From an uncultured Dehalococcoidia bacterium (GTDB lineage: Bacteria; Chloroflexota; Dehalococcoidia; Lucifugimonadales; UBA826): DNA of 64,000 bases. The stretch's first letter is position 1; every line of letters begins with the position of its first letter. The stretch covers positions 63,808 through 127,807 of the forward strand of contig CAYPDR010000024.1 in the NCBI GenBank assembly GCA_964409595.1, read 5' to 3'. A model generated the notes under the pieces. The model did no database searches. It had not been told where the DNA came from and saw only the letters and a list, made by a program, of their open reading frames with translations. Positions 10,035-20,589 of this stretch are shown in pieces. A program made the position numbers and the translations under genes.

Positions 10035-11564
10035 TCATTTTGCTGAGTCGACAGATAATGCCCTATTTAGTGCATTCATGTAGGCCCTAGCACTCGCAAC
10101 AATTATGTCTGTGTCACTTCCCCTACCCACAAAAACATCAGAATTGCGTTCAATCCTGATCGTAACATCTCCCAAAGCGTCGATTCCTTCCGTTACAGCA
10201 TCCACACGGAATTCCGTAAGGCGATTGTCAACTCCGACAACCCTATTAATAGCCCTGTACACTGCATCGACGGGGCCGGTGCCAGTGGCAGCATCGATTA
10301 TCTCCTCCCCTTCCGGCGAAATAATCTTTACCGTCGCAGTTGGAACTTCGTGATCTCCAGTTGAAACTTGTATGTGCTCCAGCTCATAAATCGTAGGAAC
10401 GTCAGCAGTTCGCCTTCGAGTCGACATCAGAGATTCGAGATCTTGATCTGTAACCTCTCGCTTCCTGTCTGCAAGATTCTTGAAAGCTTCGAAGACTTCA
10501 TTAAGCTCATTTTGATCTAGGTGGTATCCGAGTTCTTCTAAACGTGATCGAAGACCCGCACGCCCGCTAAGTTTACCCAGAACGAGGGAATTACTCGGCC
10601 AACCAACCGTCTTAGGATCAATGATTTCGTAAGTACTTGTATCCTTAAGAACACCATCTTGATGTATGCCTGATGCATGCCTAAAAGCATTAGCACCCAC
10701 TATCGCCTTGTTAGGCTGTACTGGAAATCCGGTTATATCGCTAACCAATCGGCTAGTTCTATAGATTTGGGTCGTATCTATACTAGTTACCACGTCAAAG
10801 AGATCATCTCTAGTTTCTATCGCCATAATGATCTCTTCAAGGGAAGCATTACCTGCCCGTTCGCCGAGCCCATTTATACAACCTTCCACCTGACGAACTC
10901 CTGACCTTACTGCTGCGAGACTATTGGCAACTGACAAACCAAGATCATTGTGGCAATGGACACTTATTACCGCTTGATCTATATTGGGTACTTTTTTCTT
11001 TATGGCTTCTATCCTTTCTGCGAATTCGGAGGGGATCGTATATCCGACCGTATCAGCTATGTTTACAGTATTTGCTCCAGCCTTTATAACTGCTTCAAGC
11101 ATCTTGAATAGATATTCAGGATCCGTTCTGGTTGCGTCCATTGGAGAGAATTCCACGTCCTCGCAATAACTTTTCGCTCTTTCTACAGAAGAGACCGCCG
11201 CATCCATAACCTCTTCAGGATTTTTCCTAAGAAGATTCATTATATGGTTGTCAGAACTGGATATGAAAACATGTATTCTCGGTCGAGCCGCCTCTTTTAC
11301 CCCTTCCCAAGCGGCATCTACATCAGGTAAATAACATCTAGCCAAGGAGGCTATTATTGGCTTCCTCACATTTTCAGCAATCGTTCGCACAGCTTCTAGG
11401 TCACCAGGAGAGCTAGCCGCAAATCCAGCCTCTATAACGTCCACACCCAACCTCTCGAGTTGTTGAGCAATTTCTAGCTTTTCCTGAGTAGTCAATCCAA
11501 TTCCTGCAGATTGCTCACCATCTCTTAAAGTTGTATCGAAGATGGTTACTTTTTCCCGCGACAT
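10035..11564 (-). CDS. leuA: 2-isopropylmalate synthase (citramalate synthase not excluded)
   Basis: 509 aa. DRE-TIM motifs (TTLRDGEQ, HCHNDLG) plus a C-terminal LeuA-type regulatory domain. Sits in the ilv-leu operon. Confidence 0.85.
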   Translation of the reverse strand: MSREKVTIFDTTLRDGEQSAGIGLTTQEKLEIAQQLERLGVDVIEAGFAASSPGDLEAVRTIAENVRKPIIASLARCYLPDVDAAWEGVKEAARPRIHVFISSSDNHIMNLLRKNPEEVMDAAVSSVERAKSYCEDVEFSPMDATRTDPEYLFKMLEAVIKAGANTVNIADTVGYTIPSEFAERIEAIKKKVPNIDQAVISVHCHNDLGLSVANSLAAVRSGVRQVEGCINGLGERAGNASLEEIIMAIETRDDLFDVVTSIDTTQIYRTSRLVSDITGFPVQPNKAIVGANAFRHASGIHQDGVLKDTSTYEIIDPKTVGWPSNSLVLGKLSGRAGLRSRLEELGYHLDQNELNEVFEAFKNLADRKREVTDQDLESLMSTRRRTADVPTIYELEHIQVSTGDHEVPTATVKIISPEGEEIIDAATGTGPVDAVYRAINRVVGVDNRLTEFRVDAVTEGIDALGDVTIRIERNSDVFVGRGSDTDIIVASARAYMNALNRALSVDSAK

Positions 11565-11760
11565 TGCCGCCTCCTTATTTACCGGTTATCCGATCTTTTT
11601 CCCTACCAACTTCGTTTCCATCATCGTCACAAGATGATTTCGGTTGAAATGTTGTCATCTAGAATAATTCACAAACACCGCACACAATGAGTTGTGTCTC
11701 TAGCATTTTCCCTAGAAAATGAGCTACTTATGAATGCATAGTTACCATATTTACAACGCT

Positions 11761-12762
11761 TCAATCAGCATCGGATAGAAACGTCATCATTGATCTTAAT
11801 TCTTTTCCGACCGATTCTATAGGATGTCCTGCATTTTCCTCCCTGAGCCTGTTGAAAGTGGGTCTACCCTCGTCGTTTTCCGAGATCCATTCTCTGGCGA
11901 ACGTACCATCTTGAATCTGACTTAAGATGTCTCTCATTTTTTCCTTCACGCTCTCATCTATTACTACCGGACCCCTAGTGTAATCTCCGTATTCTGCGGT
12001 ATCACTAACGGAATACCTCATGTATTCCATGCCACCTTGATAAAATAGATCTACAATTAGTTTAAGCTCGTGCATACATTCAAAATAGGCTGATTCGGGC
12101 TGATATCCTGCCTCTATTAGTATTTCAAACGCCGCTTTCACTAAAGCTGCGACTCCGCCACAAAGGACAGCTTGTTCTCCGAATAAATCAGTTTCCGTCT
12201 CTTCCTTGAAGGTAGTATCTAAAACACCTGCCCTTGTACATCCGACACCCCTAGAATAGGCTAGCCCGATACCATGGGCATCGCCTGAAGCATCTTGATG
12301 CACTGCAAGAAGTCCGGGCACCCCTGACTCCTTTGTGTATACCTCCCTCATTCTGTGTCCTGGAGCCTTAGGAGCTACCATAGATACATCAACATTTGAA
12401 GGTGGAATGATCGCGTCATAATGAATATTGAATCCGTGTGCAAACATGAGGGTCTTACCAGGCAACAAATGCGGAAGAATTGATTCACGATACACTTGAG
12501 ATTGTAGATGGTCCGGTATGAGTAGCATTATGATATCTGACTGCTCTGAAATCTGGGAAACGGTTCCTACGTTTAGACCGTCCTCTTCGGCCTTGGGCCA
12601 ACTGCCGCTACCTTCGTAAAGACCAACCGAGACATTTAGCCCTGAATCCTTCAGGTTCAAAGCATGGGCATGTCCTTGACTCCCATACCCTATTATTCCA
12701 ATTTGCTTCTCATCGATTAGCGACATATCAGCATCGGTTTCGTAATACATTTTGGCTGGCAT
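11761..12762 (-). CDS. ilvC: Ketol-acid reductoisomerase (class I)
   Basis: 333 aa with [21 protein letters not shown]-binding motif and typical IlvC length. Confidence 0.95.
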   Translation of the reverse strand: MPAKMYYETDADMSLIDEKQIGIIGYGSQGHAHALNLKDSGLNVSVGLYEGSGSWPKAEEDGLNVGTVSQISEQSDIIMLLIPDHLQSQVYRESILPHLLPGKTLMFAHGFNIHYDAIIPPSNVDVSMVAPKAPGHRMREVYTKESGVPGLLAVHQDASGDAHGIGLAYSRGVGCTRAGVLDTTFKEETETDLFGEQAVLCGGVAALVKAAFEILIEAGYQPESAYFECMHELKLIVDLFYQGGMEYMRYSVSDTAEYGDYTRGPVVIDESVKEKMRDILSQIQDGTFAREWISENDEGRPTFNRLREENAGHPIESVGKELRSMMTFLSDAD

Positions 12763-12797
12763 AGGCGCAGTGCTCCTCTATTTATTTTGTTCGATAT

Positions 12798-13337
12798 TTA
12801 TGAAACATCCCTTGTCAGGCTAGAAGTTATACTTTCCCCTTCAAAAGATACACCCCTACTCATTGCTATGGTTCCAGTTCTCATAACTTCTCTAACACCA
12901 AACGTACGCAAAAGATCGACAAGCGAATCAACTTTATCTTCGTCCCCAGTAACTTCAACAATCAGAGTACCTTGAGAAACATCAACAATTTTTGCGCGAA
13001 ATATCTCTACGATCTGCATAATTTCACTTCGGGATGCCACGTCGGCTTCGACTCTTACCAAAGCCAATTCACGGGACACTGCGGCCTCATCAGATATATC
13101 TACAACTTTTATTACCTCAACGAGTTTGTGTAGATTTTTTGCCACCATTTCCACCGTGGCTGAGTCTCCCTCAACGACAAAAGTCATTCGTGAGAGACCT
13201 TGGCTCTCACTTTGCCCTACCGCTAAGCTAGAAATATTGTATCCTCGGCGTCGAAACATGCTTGAAATCCTATTTAGGACTCCCGGCTGATCTTCCACAA
13301 GAGCGGTTATCGTATGGCGGCCAACTAATTCACTCAT
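12798..13337 (-). CDS. ilvN: Acetolactate synthase small (regulatory, ACT-domain) subunit
   Basis: 179 aa. The N-terminal ACT domain (HTITALVEDQPGVLNRISSMFRRRGYNI) is typical of IlvN/IlvH. The start overlaps the ilvB stop by 4 nt. Confidence 0.9.
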   Translation of the reverse strand: MSELVGRHTITALVEDQPGVLNRISSMFRRRGYNISSLAVGQSESQGLSRMTFVVEGDSATVEMVAKNLHKLVEVIKVVDISDEAAVSRELALVRVEADVASRSEIMQIVEIFRAKIVDVSQGTLIVEVTGDEDKVDSLVDLLRTFGVREVMRTGTIAMSRGVSFEGESITSSLTRDVS

Positions 13338-15028
13338 GCTGTTACCTTCCCTACTGAAGGTTCCTCGATAATATCTCCAACGGTCATACCTGACGGGATC
13401 ATCGGATAAACATTTTCTTCCTGTTCCACAATGAAATCTATCAATACCGGCCCGTCGTGTGATATGGCTTCCTCGACAGCAGATTTAACTTGAGTTTTAT
13501 CGGTGACCCTTATCCCTTTAATGCCATATGCCTCAGCCAAGCGCACAAAATCTGGGTTGCCTGAGAATCCCGTAGAAACGTAGGAACTTTCGAAAAATAT
13601 TTCCTGCCACTGTCTCACCATTCCAAGAAAACCATTATTTAAGATGGCAAATTTCACGGGAAGCTTGTTCTCCACAATAGTCGCAAGTTCGCATAACGTC
13701 ATTTGGAATCCGCCATCTCCTGCAATCGACCACACCAGGCCATTGGGATTGGCTACTTGAGCTCCCATAGCCGCGGGAACTTCATACCCCATAGTCCCCG
13801 AGCCTCCCGAGGTCAATAGGGAGCACGGGTTCTTAAACGTATAATGCTGTGCCGCCCACATTTGATGTTGCCCAACTCCAGTTACTATAGTCGCTCTACC
13901 GTCTGTTATCTCTGATATGTCCCTCACCACTTGACGTGCAAGTAATTTATCAGTATCCGGCAGTCGAAGAGATGGGTGCTCATCTTTCAACGTATCTATT
14001 CGTTTTAACCACTCAGTGTGAGTTGCATGTTCCACTATTTCATTTAAGCTCGCTAGAATATCTCTCACATCCCCTACTATCGGAACATCAGCTACTACGT
14101 TTTTCCCTATCTCTGACGGATCAATATCAACGTGTATTTTCTTGGAATTCGGGGCAAATTTCTTGGGGTTGCCCGTTATTCTGTCGTCAAAACGCATTCC
14201 AAGAGCTATTAACAGGTCAGATTCATCTATAGCTAGGCTTGAATATGCCATACCATGCATACCAGGCCAACCGGTCCAAAGGACATGGTCCTCTGGAAAA
14301 CAGCTTATACCCAACAGAGTAGTTATAACTGGTATTTGAGCTTTTTCGGCCAACTCTTTGAGCTCTTCGTAGGCTCGCGATATTATAACTCCATGGCCAG
14401 CCACAATTACCGGTTTCTTGGAATCTTTAATCAGCTGAGCGGCCTTTTTAATCTGCCCAGCATGTCCAACTGATGTAGGGCTATAGCCCGGCAACTCAAT
14501 TTCTCCAGGGACCATATACTGAACTTCTTCTAGAAAAACATCTCTTGGTATGTCAACTAAGACGGGTCCTGGCCTTCCTGTATTGGCGATGTGGAATGCC
14601 TCTTTAATGACCCTCGCGATGTCACCAGCATCCAGCACTAGAAAGTTGTGTTTTGTTATTGGCAGAGTAATTCCCGTAATGTCTGTCTCCTGAAAGGCGT
14701 CTGAACCGATCGCGGAACTATTTACCTGACCGGTAACGACGACCAAAGGTACAGAATCCATTTGTGCAGAAGCTATACCAGTCACCAAATTAGTCGCCCC
14801 TGGCCCTGACGTAGCAAATGCAACACCTGGTCTCCCAGTCACTCTGGCATAGCCATCGGCTGCATGAGCCGCGCCTTGCTCATGACGGACTAGGATGTGC
14901 CTAAGATCTGGGAATTCTGGAAGGGTTTGATAAAGCGGGAGAATCGCCCCTCCGGGAATCCCAAAGACAACATTACAACCTTCCCGCAAAAGACTTTCGC
15001 AGACTATTTGTGCTCCTCTCATCTTCAT
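13334..15028 (-). CDS. ilvB: Acetolactate synthase large subunit (ThDP-dependent)
   Basis: 564 aa with the ThDP-binding motif GDGGFQM...NNG and AHAS-like FAD-binding middle domain. Confidence 0.92.
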   Translation of the reverse strand: MKMRGAQIVCESLLREGCNVVFGIPGGAILPLYQTLPEFPDLRHILVRHEQGAAHAADGYARVTGRPGVAFATSGPGATNLVTGIASAQMDSVPLVVVTGQVNSSAIGSDAFQETDITGITLPITKHNFLVLDAGDIARVIKEAFHIANTGRPGPVLVDIPRDVFLEEVQYMVPGEIELPGYSPTSVGHAGQIKKAAQLIKDSKKPVIVAGHGVIISRAYEELKELAEKAQIPVITTLLGISCFPEDHVLWTGWPGMHGMAYSSLAIDESDLLIALGMRFDDRITGNPKKFAPNSKKIHVDIDPSEIGKNVVADVPIVGDVRDILASLNEIVEHATHTEWLKRIDTLKDEHPSLRLPDTDKLLARQVVRDISEITDGRATIVTGVGQHQMWAAQHYTFKNPCSLLTSGGSGTMGYEVPAAMGAQVANPNGLVWSIAGDGGFQMTLCELATIVENKLPVKFAILNNGFLGMVRQWQEIFFESSYVSTGFSGNPDFVRLAEAYGIKGIRVTDKTQVKSAVEEAISHDGPVLIDFIVEQEENVYPMIPSGMTVGDIIEEPSVGKVTA

Positions 15029-15079
15029 CGAATCTCATCTCCAAAATTAATGTTATGAACTATAAAAATTTCGTCAAAC

Positions 15080-15110
15080 AAAAAAATCCCGTCCACTCAA
15101 TGGGACGGGA
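15080..15110 (-). terminator. Intrinsic terminator of the T-box leader (attenuator)
   Basis: On the minus strand, UCCCGUCC-cauugagu-GGACGGGA forms a perfect 8-bp stem followed by U7. It lies about 50 nt upstream of the ilvB ATG. Confidence 0.8.
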
Positions 15111-15330
15111 TAAATATTCTCTCCCGTGGTACCACCCACGTTGCCAACTTGGCTTGCGCCACGTAGACCACTCAATTAGCTGTAACGTCGCCAACGCCCA
15201 CCCTCTATTTACTTTAAGGGGGGTGCTCCAGGGCGAGTTCGCCGCGGATCCCAGTGCCCGTTTTCCACCTTTCTCACCGAGCTCTCTAGACCGTCCCTTA
15301 CGGCTACTACTCCCTTTCTACACATCTATG
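15080..15330 (-). promoter_or_regulatory. T-box riboswitch leader of the ilvBNC-leuACD operon, putative Leu (CUC) specifier
   Basis: The conserved T-box sequence GUGGGUGGUACCACGGGAG (plus-strand 15121-15139) lies immediately 5' of the terminator. Stem I elements are AGUAGUA, AGAGAG and GGUGAGAAAGG. A specifier-loop-like GAA-CUC-G places CUC at 15235-15237, flanked by GCCG/CGGC and AGGG/CCCU helices. Confidence 0.75.
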
Positions 15331-15615
15331 AGTTATTTAAATTAATTTGACAGGTCATTGATAGTAACATTCAGCTACAGAAGGCGTCAATGAACCAACC
15401 TTTCAATTTCTAAGAGGTTTCACTCTTGCTAGTGTTTTCCGAATCGATGAGACTCTTCGATGCGAAGTATCTAACGTTAGAGAGAACCTCTAAAATAGAC
15501 TGATAAAGGTCTTCATAACACCGTCGGAGAAGTAGCTACTCTACCGTATTGTGAGGTTCCAATGCCTGTGCTATCGTCTTTTTGAACTTCTGTACACTTT
15601 GGGGGGTAACCTAGT

Positions 15616-17289
15616 ATGCACGATCACGATGTCCTCATCGTAGGAGCCGGTCTCGCCGGTATGCGGGCTGCGCTCGCAGCCACGGAGGCTGGTGTAGACG
15701 TAGCCGTGGTATCGAAAGTCCATCCTGTAAGAAGCCACTCTAATGCTGCGCAGGGAGGAATAAACGCCGCTTTAACAGACCGTGGAGACGATTGGAGAGA
15801 TCACGCATACGACACGATAAAAGGAAGCGACTTCCTCGGAGATCAAGACGCTATCGAGATCATGTGCAGAGAAGCTGGTGACGAAGTAATCGCCATGGAA
15901 CATATGGGAGCAATATTCAACCGTGATGATGAAGGTAAACTGGGCACCAGAAGCTTTGGTGGCCAACGACAGGCAAGAACGTTTTTCGTCGCTGACTTCA
16001 CCGGCCAAGCACTCCTCCACGTCTTATATGAGCAAATATTGGAGGCCGGAGTTTTAGTCTATGAAGAATGGTTCGTTCTTTCTCTGATTGTTGAGGGAGA
16101 CAGGTGCGTCGGATCCGTCATGATGGATATAAAAACTGGCAAAATAGAAGTCGTACGAGCCAAAACCGTTATCCTGGCGACAGGCGGGCTGGGACGAGTC
16201 TTCGAGCCCAGTACAAACGCACTAATATGCACTGGAGATGGCATGGGACTTGCCTACAGGGCAGGGGCACCTCTTATGGATATGGAAATGGTGCAGTATC
16301 ACCCCACCACACTAAAAGGAAGCGGAGTACTCATAAGCGAAGGTGCTAGAGGCGAAGGAGCATATTTGCTCAATTCCGAAGGGGAGCGTTTTATGCTGAA
16401 ATATGCCCCTGAGTTCAAAGAGCTTGCTTCGAGAGATGTAGTATCAAGATGTGAACAAACAGAAATAAACGAAGGACGTGGACTCGACGGGTGTGTCCTT
16501 CTCGACCTTCGCCACCTCGGCGAGAAACTTATCAACGAACGGCTTTCACAAATACGAGAACTGGCACAAGATTTTGCCAATGTTGACATGGTCAAGGAAC
16601 CTGTTCCGATCCGGCCAGGCATGCATTATCAAATGGGAGGGGTAAAAGCTGACGTAGACGGGCTTACGAACCTTCCAGGTCTATATGCAGCAGGCGAAGT
16701 CGCGTGTGTAAGCGTACATGGAGGTAACCGGCTTGGAGCTAATTCCCTCCTCGACACACTAGTTTTCGGGAGAAGATCAGGCGAACATGCTGCACGATCA
16801 GCACAATCTATTAACCACGCTAAAATAGATGACTCATATGCCAAAACTGACAGACAATCCATTCAAAGGCTACTAGACAATCAGCCAGGAGAGACTTTCG
16901 GTCAACTCAGATCAGATCTCGGCGACTCCATGAACAACCATCTAGCTGTGTACAGGAACCAAACGGGGATGGAGCAGTCACTCAAAGACATTACTAGCAT
17001 AAAAGAGAGATTCAACAAGGTATACGTCGCTGACAAGGGTAAAACGTTCAATACCAATCTAATATTCACGTTAGAAATGGGGTTCATGATCGAATGTGCT
17101 GAATCGATAGCTTTGAGCGCGCTGGAGAGGACGGAAAGTCGCGGAGCTCACACCAGAGAAGACATGCCCAACAGGGATGATGCTAACTGGCTAAAACATA
17201 TCCTAGTCGCTAAGGAGAAAGACGGGAATAAAATCACCTACAAAGACGTAGTCATTACAGATTGGGAGCCAACAGAGAGACAATATTAA
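15616..17289 (+). CDS. sdhA: Succinate dehydrogenase/fumarate reductase flavoprotein subunit
   Basis: 557 aa. FAD-binding [11 protein letters not shown], the covalent-FAD His region ([14 protein letters not shown]), and [12 protein letters not shown] motifs. Confidence 0.92.
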   Translation: MHDHDVLIVGAGLAGMRAALAATEAGVDVAVVSKVHPVRSHSNAAQGGINAALTDRGDDWRDHAYDTIKGSDFLGDQDAIEIMCREAGDEVIAMEHMGAIFNRDDEGKLGTRSFGGQRQARTFFVADFTGQALLHVLYEQILEAGVLVYEEWFVLSLIVEGDRCVGSVMMDIKTGKIEVVRAKTVILATGGLGRVFEPSTNALICTGDGMGLAYRAGAPLMDMEMVQYHPTTLKGSGVLISEGARGEGAYLLNSEGERFMLKYAPEFKELASRDVVSRCEQTEINEGRGLDGCVLLDLRHLGEKLINERLSQIRELAQDFANVDMVKEPVPIRPGMHYQMGGVKADVDGLTNLPGLYAAGEVACVSVHGGNRLGANSLLDTLVFGRRSGEHAARSAQSINHAKIDDSYAKTDRQSIQRLLDNQPGETFGQLRSDLGDSMNNHLAVYRNQTGMEQSLKDITSIKERFNKVYVADKGKTFNTNLIFTLEMGFMIECAESIALSALERTESRGAHTREDMPNRDDANWLKHILVAKEKDGNKITYKDVVITDWEPTERQY

Positions 17290-17358
17290 ATTCCTAGAGG
17301 GCCGAGAATAACGACGAAACATTAGACTCGCTTTGACCTAAGTGGGAAGGATTGACAG

Positions 17359-18315
17359 ATGGAAGTCAAGTTCAACATTAGAAGGTACAACCCTGAATCA
17401 ACAGCCGCTGTTGCCCATTTTCAAGAATACCAATTGGAAATGGACGACACATCAACCGTCCTTGATGGGCTTATAAAAATCAGAGAAGAAATCGATGGCA
17501 CTCTAAGTCTAAGATGTTCTTGCAGAAGCGCCATCTGCGGATCATGTGCCATGAAGATTAATGGCCAGGCAGGACTAGCCTGCAATACAAAAGTGATAGA
17601 TGTGTTGTCCAACAACGGGTCTCCTATAGTCGTAGAACCCGCCGGAAACCTCCCCCTGATTAAAGACCTAATCGTTGACTTCCAGCCATTCTGGTCCAAA
17701 ATTAGAGAGGTAGAACCTTGGTTGCAGCCAGATGGCGAAAAACCGGAAACAGAATATATAGCTCCGAACGAAGATATGCTTCATTTGGCGGGAGTAATGG
17801 CGTGCATTATGTGTGGTGCGTGTGTATCTGACTGTACTGTTCTGGAAGTCGATCCCAACTTCTTAGGTCCGGCAGCCCTCGCAAAGTCATATCGATTCAT
17901 AGGTGATCCCAGAGATGACGGCAACAGTCGCCGACTCAGCCAACTGAATGAGCCAAATGGAGTTTGGGATTGTACGCGTTGCATGCAATGTGTAGAAGTT
18001 TGCCCCAAAGACGTAGCTCCGATGGACCGCATAATGTCGTTGAGAGAAATGGCCATGGAATCTGGACATGTAAATACCAACGGCGCGAGACACGCTAAAG
18101 CCTTCAGTGATTCAGTCAAACATAGCGGATGGCTTGACGAACTCCGCCTACCGATAAAGAGCTTTGGCATTCTTAATATCAAGGCTATGATAGGACTTAT
18201 TCCGACCGGAATAAGAGCTCAGATGAATGGTAAAAGACCCCCAATATTCCACAAAAGCATTCCCGGGGCCAGAAACGTTAGAAAGATATTCGATAAGGTT
18301 GAGAACAAAAAATGA
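17359..18315 (+). CDS. sdhB: Succinate dehydrogenase/fumarate reductase iron-sulfur subunit (C-terminally extended)
   Basis: Three cluster motifs: CSCRSAICGSC (2Fe-2S), CIMCGACVSDC and CTRCMQCVEVCP. At 318 aa it is longer than classical SdhB. Confidence 0.85.
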   Translation: MEVKFNIRRYNPESTAAVAHFQEYQLEMDDTSTVLDGLIKIREEIDGTLSLRCSCRSAICGSCAMKINGQAGLACNTKVIDVLSNNGSPIVVEPAGNLPLIKDLIVDFQPFWSKIREVEPWLQPDGEKPETEYIAPNEDMLHLAGVMACIMCGACVSDCTVLEVDPNFLGPAALAKSYRFIGDPRDDGNSRRLSQLNEPNGVWDCTRCMQCVEVCPKDVAPMDRIMSLREMAMESGHVNTNGARHAKAFSDSVKHSGWLDELRLPIKSFGILNIKAMIGLIPTGIRAQMNGKRPPIFHKSIPGARNVRKIFDKVENKK

Positions 18316-19202
18316 AATATGCCTTCTACCCCGGTTGCGTCTCCAGGGGCGCCTGCCCCGAACTTTATACGGCAACTCTAGAGGTGTGTCAGATACTAGG
18401 TATAGAGCTCGACGAACAATCATTGAAAGGTGCCTCCTGTACTGGAGCCGGAGTACTTCAAGAAAAAAACCAACGCCTAGGGGACACGCTGAACGCGAGA
18501 ACTTTCGCTATGGTAGAACAATCTGGATTGCCCCTCATGACAATATGCAGCACTTGCCAAGGGGTAATGGCACAAGCTAATGACCGACTCATAAATGACC
18601 CCGAATACCTGGCATCAGTGAACCAAGATCTTGAAGAAGAGGGCCTAGAATATAAGGGGACTGTAGAACCTAAGCATCTACTATGGATCATAGCTGAAGA
18701 TATAGGTATTGACTTCCTAAAATCCAAAATCGTCCGAAAGTTGAGTGGTTTGAAACTAGCCCCTTTCTATGGATGCTACATTGTACGGCCATCGAAGGCA
18801 CTCGGATTAGATGAAAACCCTGAAAGGGAAAAGGCGCTTGAAGCCGTGATAGAGGCCGTAGGAGCGGATGTAGTAGATTTTCCAGGAAAAACCCTCTGCT
18901 GCGGTTTCCCAATATTGACCATAAATCCCGAAAACTCGATAAAGATGGTGTCAAACCACACAACCGACGCTAAAGATAGAGGTGCAGACGCCATGGTTAC
19001 CCCATGTCCTCTCTGCCATCTAAACCTGGACGGTTACCAGCCGAATGCCTCCGCCTCTGCAAATCGCGAAATAGACCTTCCCATCATCCATCTACCGCAA
19101 TTAGTAGGTTTGGCGCTGGGGATCGCACCTGAAAAGATGCGGCTAAATAAACATATAGTTTCTACTAAGAAGCTCCTATCTGAACTGGCCGTGGCTCCCT
19201 AG
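18312..19202 (+). CDS. CCG-domain (HdrB-like) subunit of a type-E succinate:quinone oxidoreductase or thiol:fumarate reductase
   Basis: 296 aa with two Cys-rich CCG-type domains (YPGC...C...C; TLCCGFP; PCPLCHLNLD). The start overlaps the sdhB stop (ATGA). Confidence 0.75.
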   Translation: MKYAFYPGCVSRGACPELYTATLEVCQILGIELDEQSLKGASCTGAGVLQEKNQRLGDTLNARTFAMVEQSGLPLMTICSTCQGVMAQANDRLINDPEYLASVNQDLEEEGLEYKGTVEPKHLLWIIAEDIGIDFLKSKIVRKLSGLKLAPFYGCYIVRPSKALGLDENPEREKALEAVIEAVGADVVDFPGKTLCCGFPILTINPENSIKMVSNHTTDAKDRGADAMVTPCPLCHLNLDGYQPNASASANREIDLPIIHLPQLVGLALGIAPEKMRLNKHIVSTKKLLSELAVAP

Positions 19203-19250
19203 TTGACAGACAGCCCACTCCGCTGACGCTATGTCCTTAGGACCCATTTA

Positions 19251-20486
19251 TTAGTCAGCGAGAGAGACCTTCAATGTCGAAAGAATTGTAAAAGCTATCG
19301 TTACACAAACTAGCAACCATAGTATGGCTGCTACCTGCCCTAAACCCATCGTCACTGAAATCAATGCCCATGACAACGGACCGACTATGGCTGCCGCTCT
19401 ACCAACCATACTTGACATTCCAAAGTACTCCCCCAATCTCCTTTCTGGGGCCATTAACAGTACAAAGGGTCTTTCTGAAACATAGAGCCCTGCCATTACA
19501 GTCCCGCTTAAAACGCCCACGACCCACCAAAAATATTTAGGCAGCCCTAGCAAAGGAATCCCGGCGGCAAGGGCAAGTAGAAAAACCCATCCCAATATGT
19601 TCCATTTCAATACGGTGAAAGCCCCAACCCGATCTACAACTCTACCCCAGAGAGCCCCCATCGGGATTCCAGAAAGTATGCCGGTCAATAGAACAAGCTG
19701 AACCTGAATCTCGCTAAGTTTCACAGTGCCGATCCCATAGAGAACCGCGAAAGCTGACGCAGCATTTACTGCCCAGAGATACCAAAATCGCGCTATTAAA
19801 AACCTTAGCCACTCACGATTCTCAATCAACCTGCCTGTTGCTTGCTTCGCTATGTTAAAGCATCTCGATAAAATTCTGTTTGAGGTCAATTTCTCCGAGG
19901 TTGTAACCTTATATTTTCCGACAACCATGAGAGGTAAAACTAGACCTAGTTCCAATATTCCCATTAATCGAAACAGGTAAATGTGTCCCTTAGATTCGAG
20001 AAATACAAACCCCAATAAAACCGAAACTATTCCTCCAAGGTATCCAACTCCAACTCCCAGTCCTCCAATAAACCCAACATTGTCTCTACTGGAAACATCT
20101 GCAAGGAGTCCGTTGTAAAATATTGCTGCGAGCTGAACCGCACTTACCGAAATGCAAAATAGACCAAGAGAATATTCGTAGGAAAAAACCCCGATTAGCA
20201 ATGTGCAAAAAATACCAACTATCATTGATATCGTTAAAAATGGCATTTTCTGTTCGAGCTTATCTGAAAGGACACCAAGTATCGGGGATAAGGTAAAGAC
20301 GACTCCCATGGAAACCGCAAGAGCGTAGCCTACGGTGGCATCGGTCCCACCCATTACCCTGGTTATCCAAAGGGGGAATACCAGTCCAACTACTCCTGAG
20401 AAAAATAGAGTGTTGCCTATATCGTAAACAATCCATGAGATTACACTAATCCGCGTTGATGTTATTTCTTCATGCTTCATACGCAA
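19251..20486 (-). CDS. MFS-type transporter (UMF1/Atg22-like)
   Basis: 411 aa with about 12 predicted hydrophobic helices and MFS-like repeat organisation. No substrate can be inferred. Confidence 0.65.
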   Translation of the reverse strand: MRMKHEEITSTRISVISWIVYDIGNTLFFSGVVGLVFPLWITRVMGGTDATVGYALAVSMGVVFTLSPILGVLSDKLEQKMPFLTISMIVGIFCTLLIGVFSYEYSLGLFCISVSAVQLAAIFYNGLLADVSSRDNVGFIGGLGVGVGYLGGIVSVLLGFVFLESKGHIYLFRLMGILELGLVLPLMVVGKYKVTTSEKLTSNRILSRCFNIAKQATGRLIENREWLRFLIARFWYLWAVNAASAFAVLYGIGTVKLSEIQVQLVLLTGILSGIPMGALWGRVVDRVGAFTVLKWNILGWVFLLALAAGIPLLGLPKYFWWVVGVLSGTVMAGLYVSERPFVLLMAPERRLGEYFGMSSMVGRAAAIVGPLSWALISVTMGLGQVAAILWLLVCVTIAFTILSTLKVSLAD

Positions 20487-20513
20487 TCTACAAATGAAAT
20501 CTAAGCTATAGCG

Positions 20514-20589
20514 TGGTCGGGGCGACTGGACTTGAACCAGCGACCTCCACGTCCCGAACGTGGCGCGCTACCAACTGCGCTACGCCCCG
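20514..20589 (-). tRNA. tRNA-Pro (anticodon CGG)
   Basis: The minus strand reads CGGGGCG-TA-GCGC-AGTTGGTA-GCGC-G-CCACG-TTCGGGA-CGTGG-AGGTC-GCTGG-TTCAAGT-CCAGT-CGCCCCG-A-CCA. This folds as a cloverleaf, with anticodon loop UU-CGG-GA and an encoded CCA. Confidence 0.9.

Noticed and set aside
11565-11760. Leader-peptide attenuator between ilvC and leuA: a 27-codon ORF, MTTFQPKSSCDDDGNEVGREKDRITGK, ending at the leuA RBS, plus a short ACACAA/TTGTGT hairpin.
   Set aside because: The peptide has no Leu/Ile/Val codon run, and the hairpin is only 6 bp with no U-tract. This is insufficient for an attenuator and is probably just an intercistronic spacer.
15010-15345. 111-aa plus-strand ORF between ilvB and sdhA.
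   Set aside because: It covers the T-box leader and terminator on the opposite strand, and structured RNA explains the open frame. It has no RBS and no protein-like motifs.
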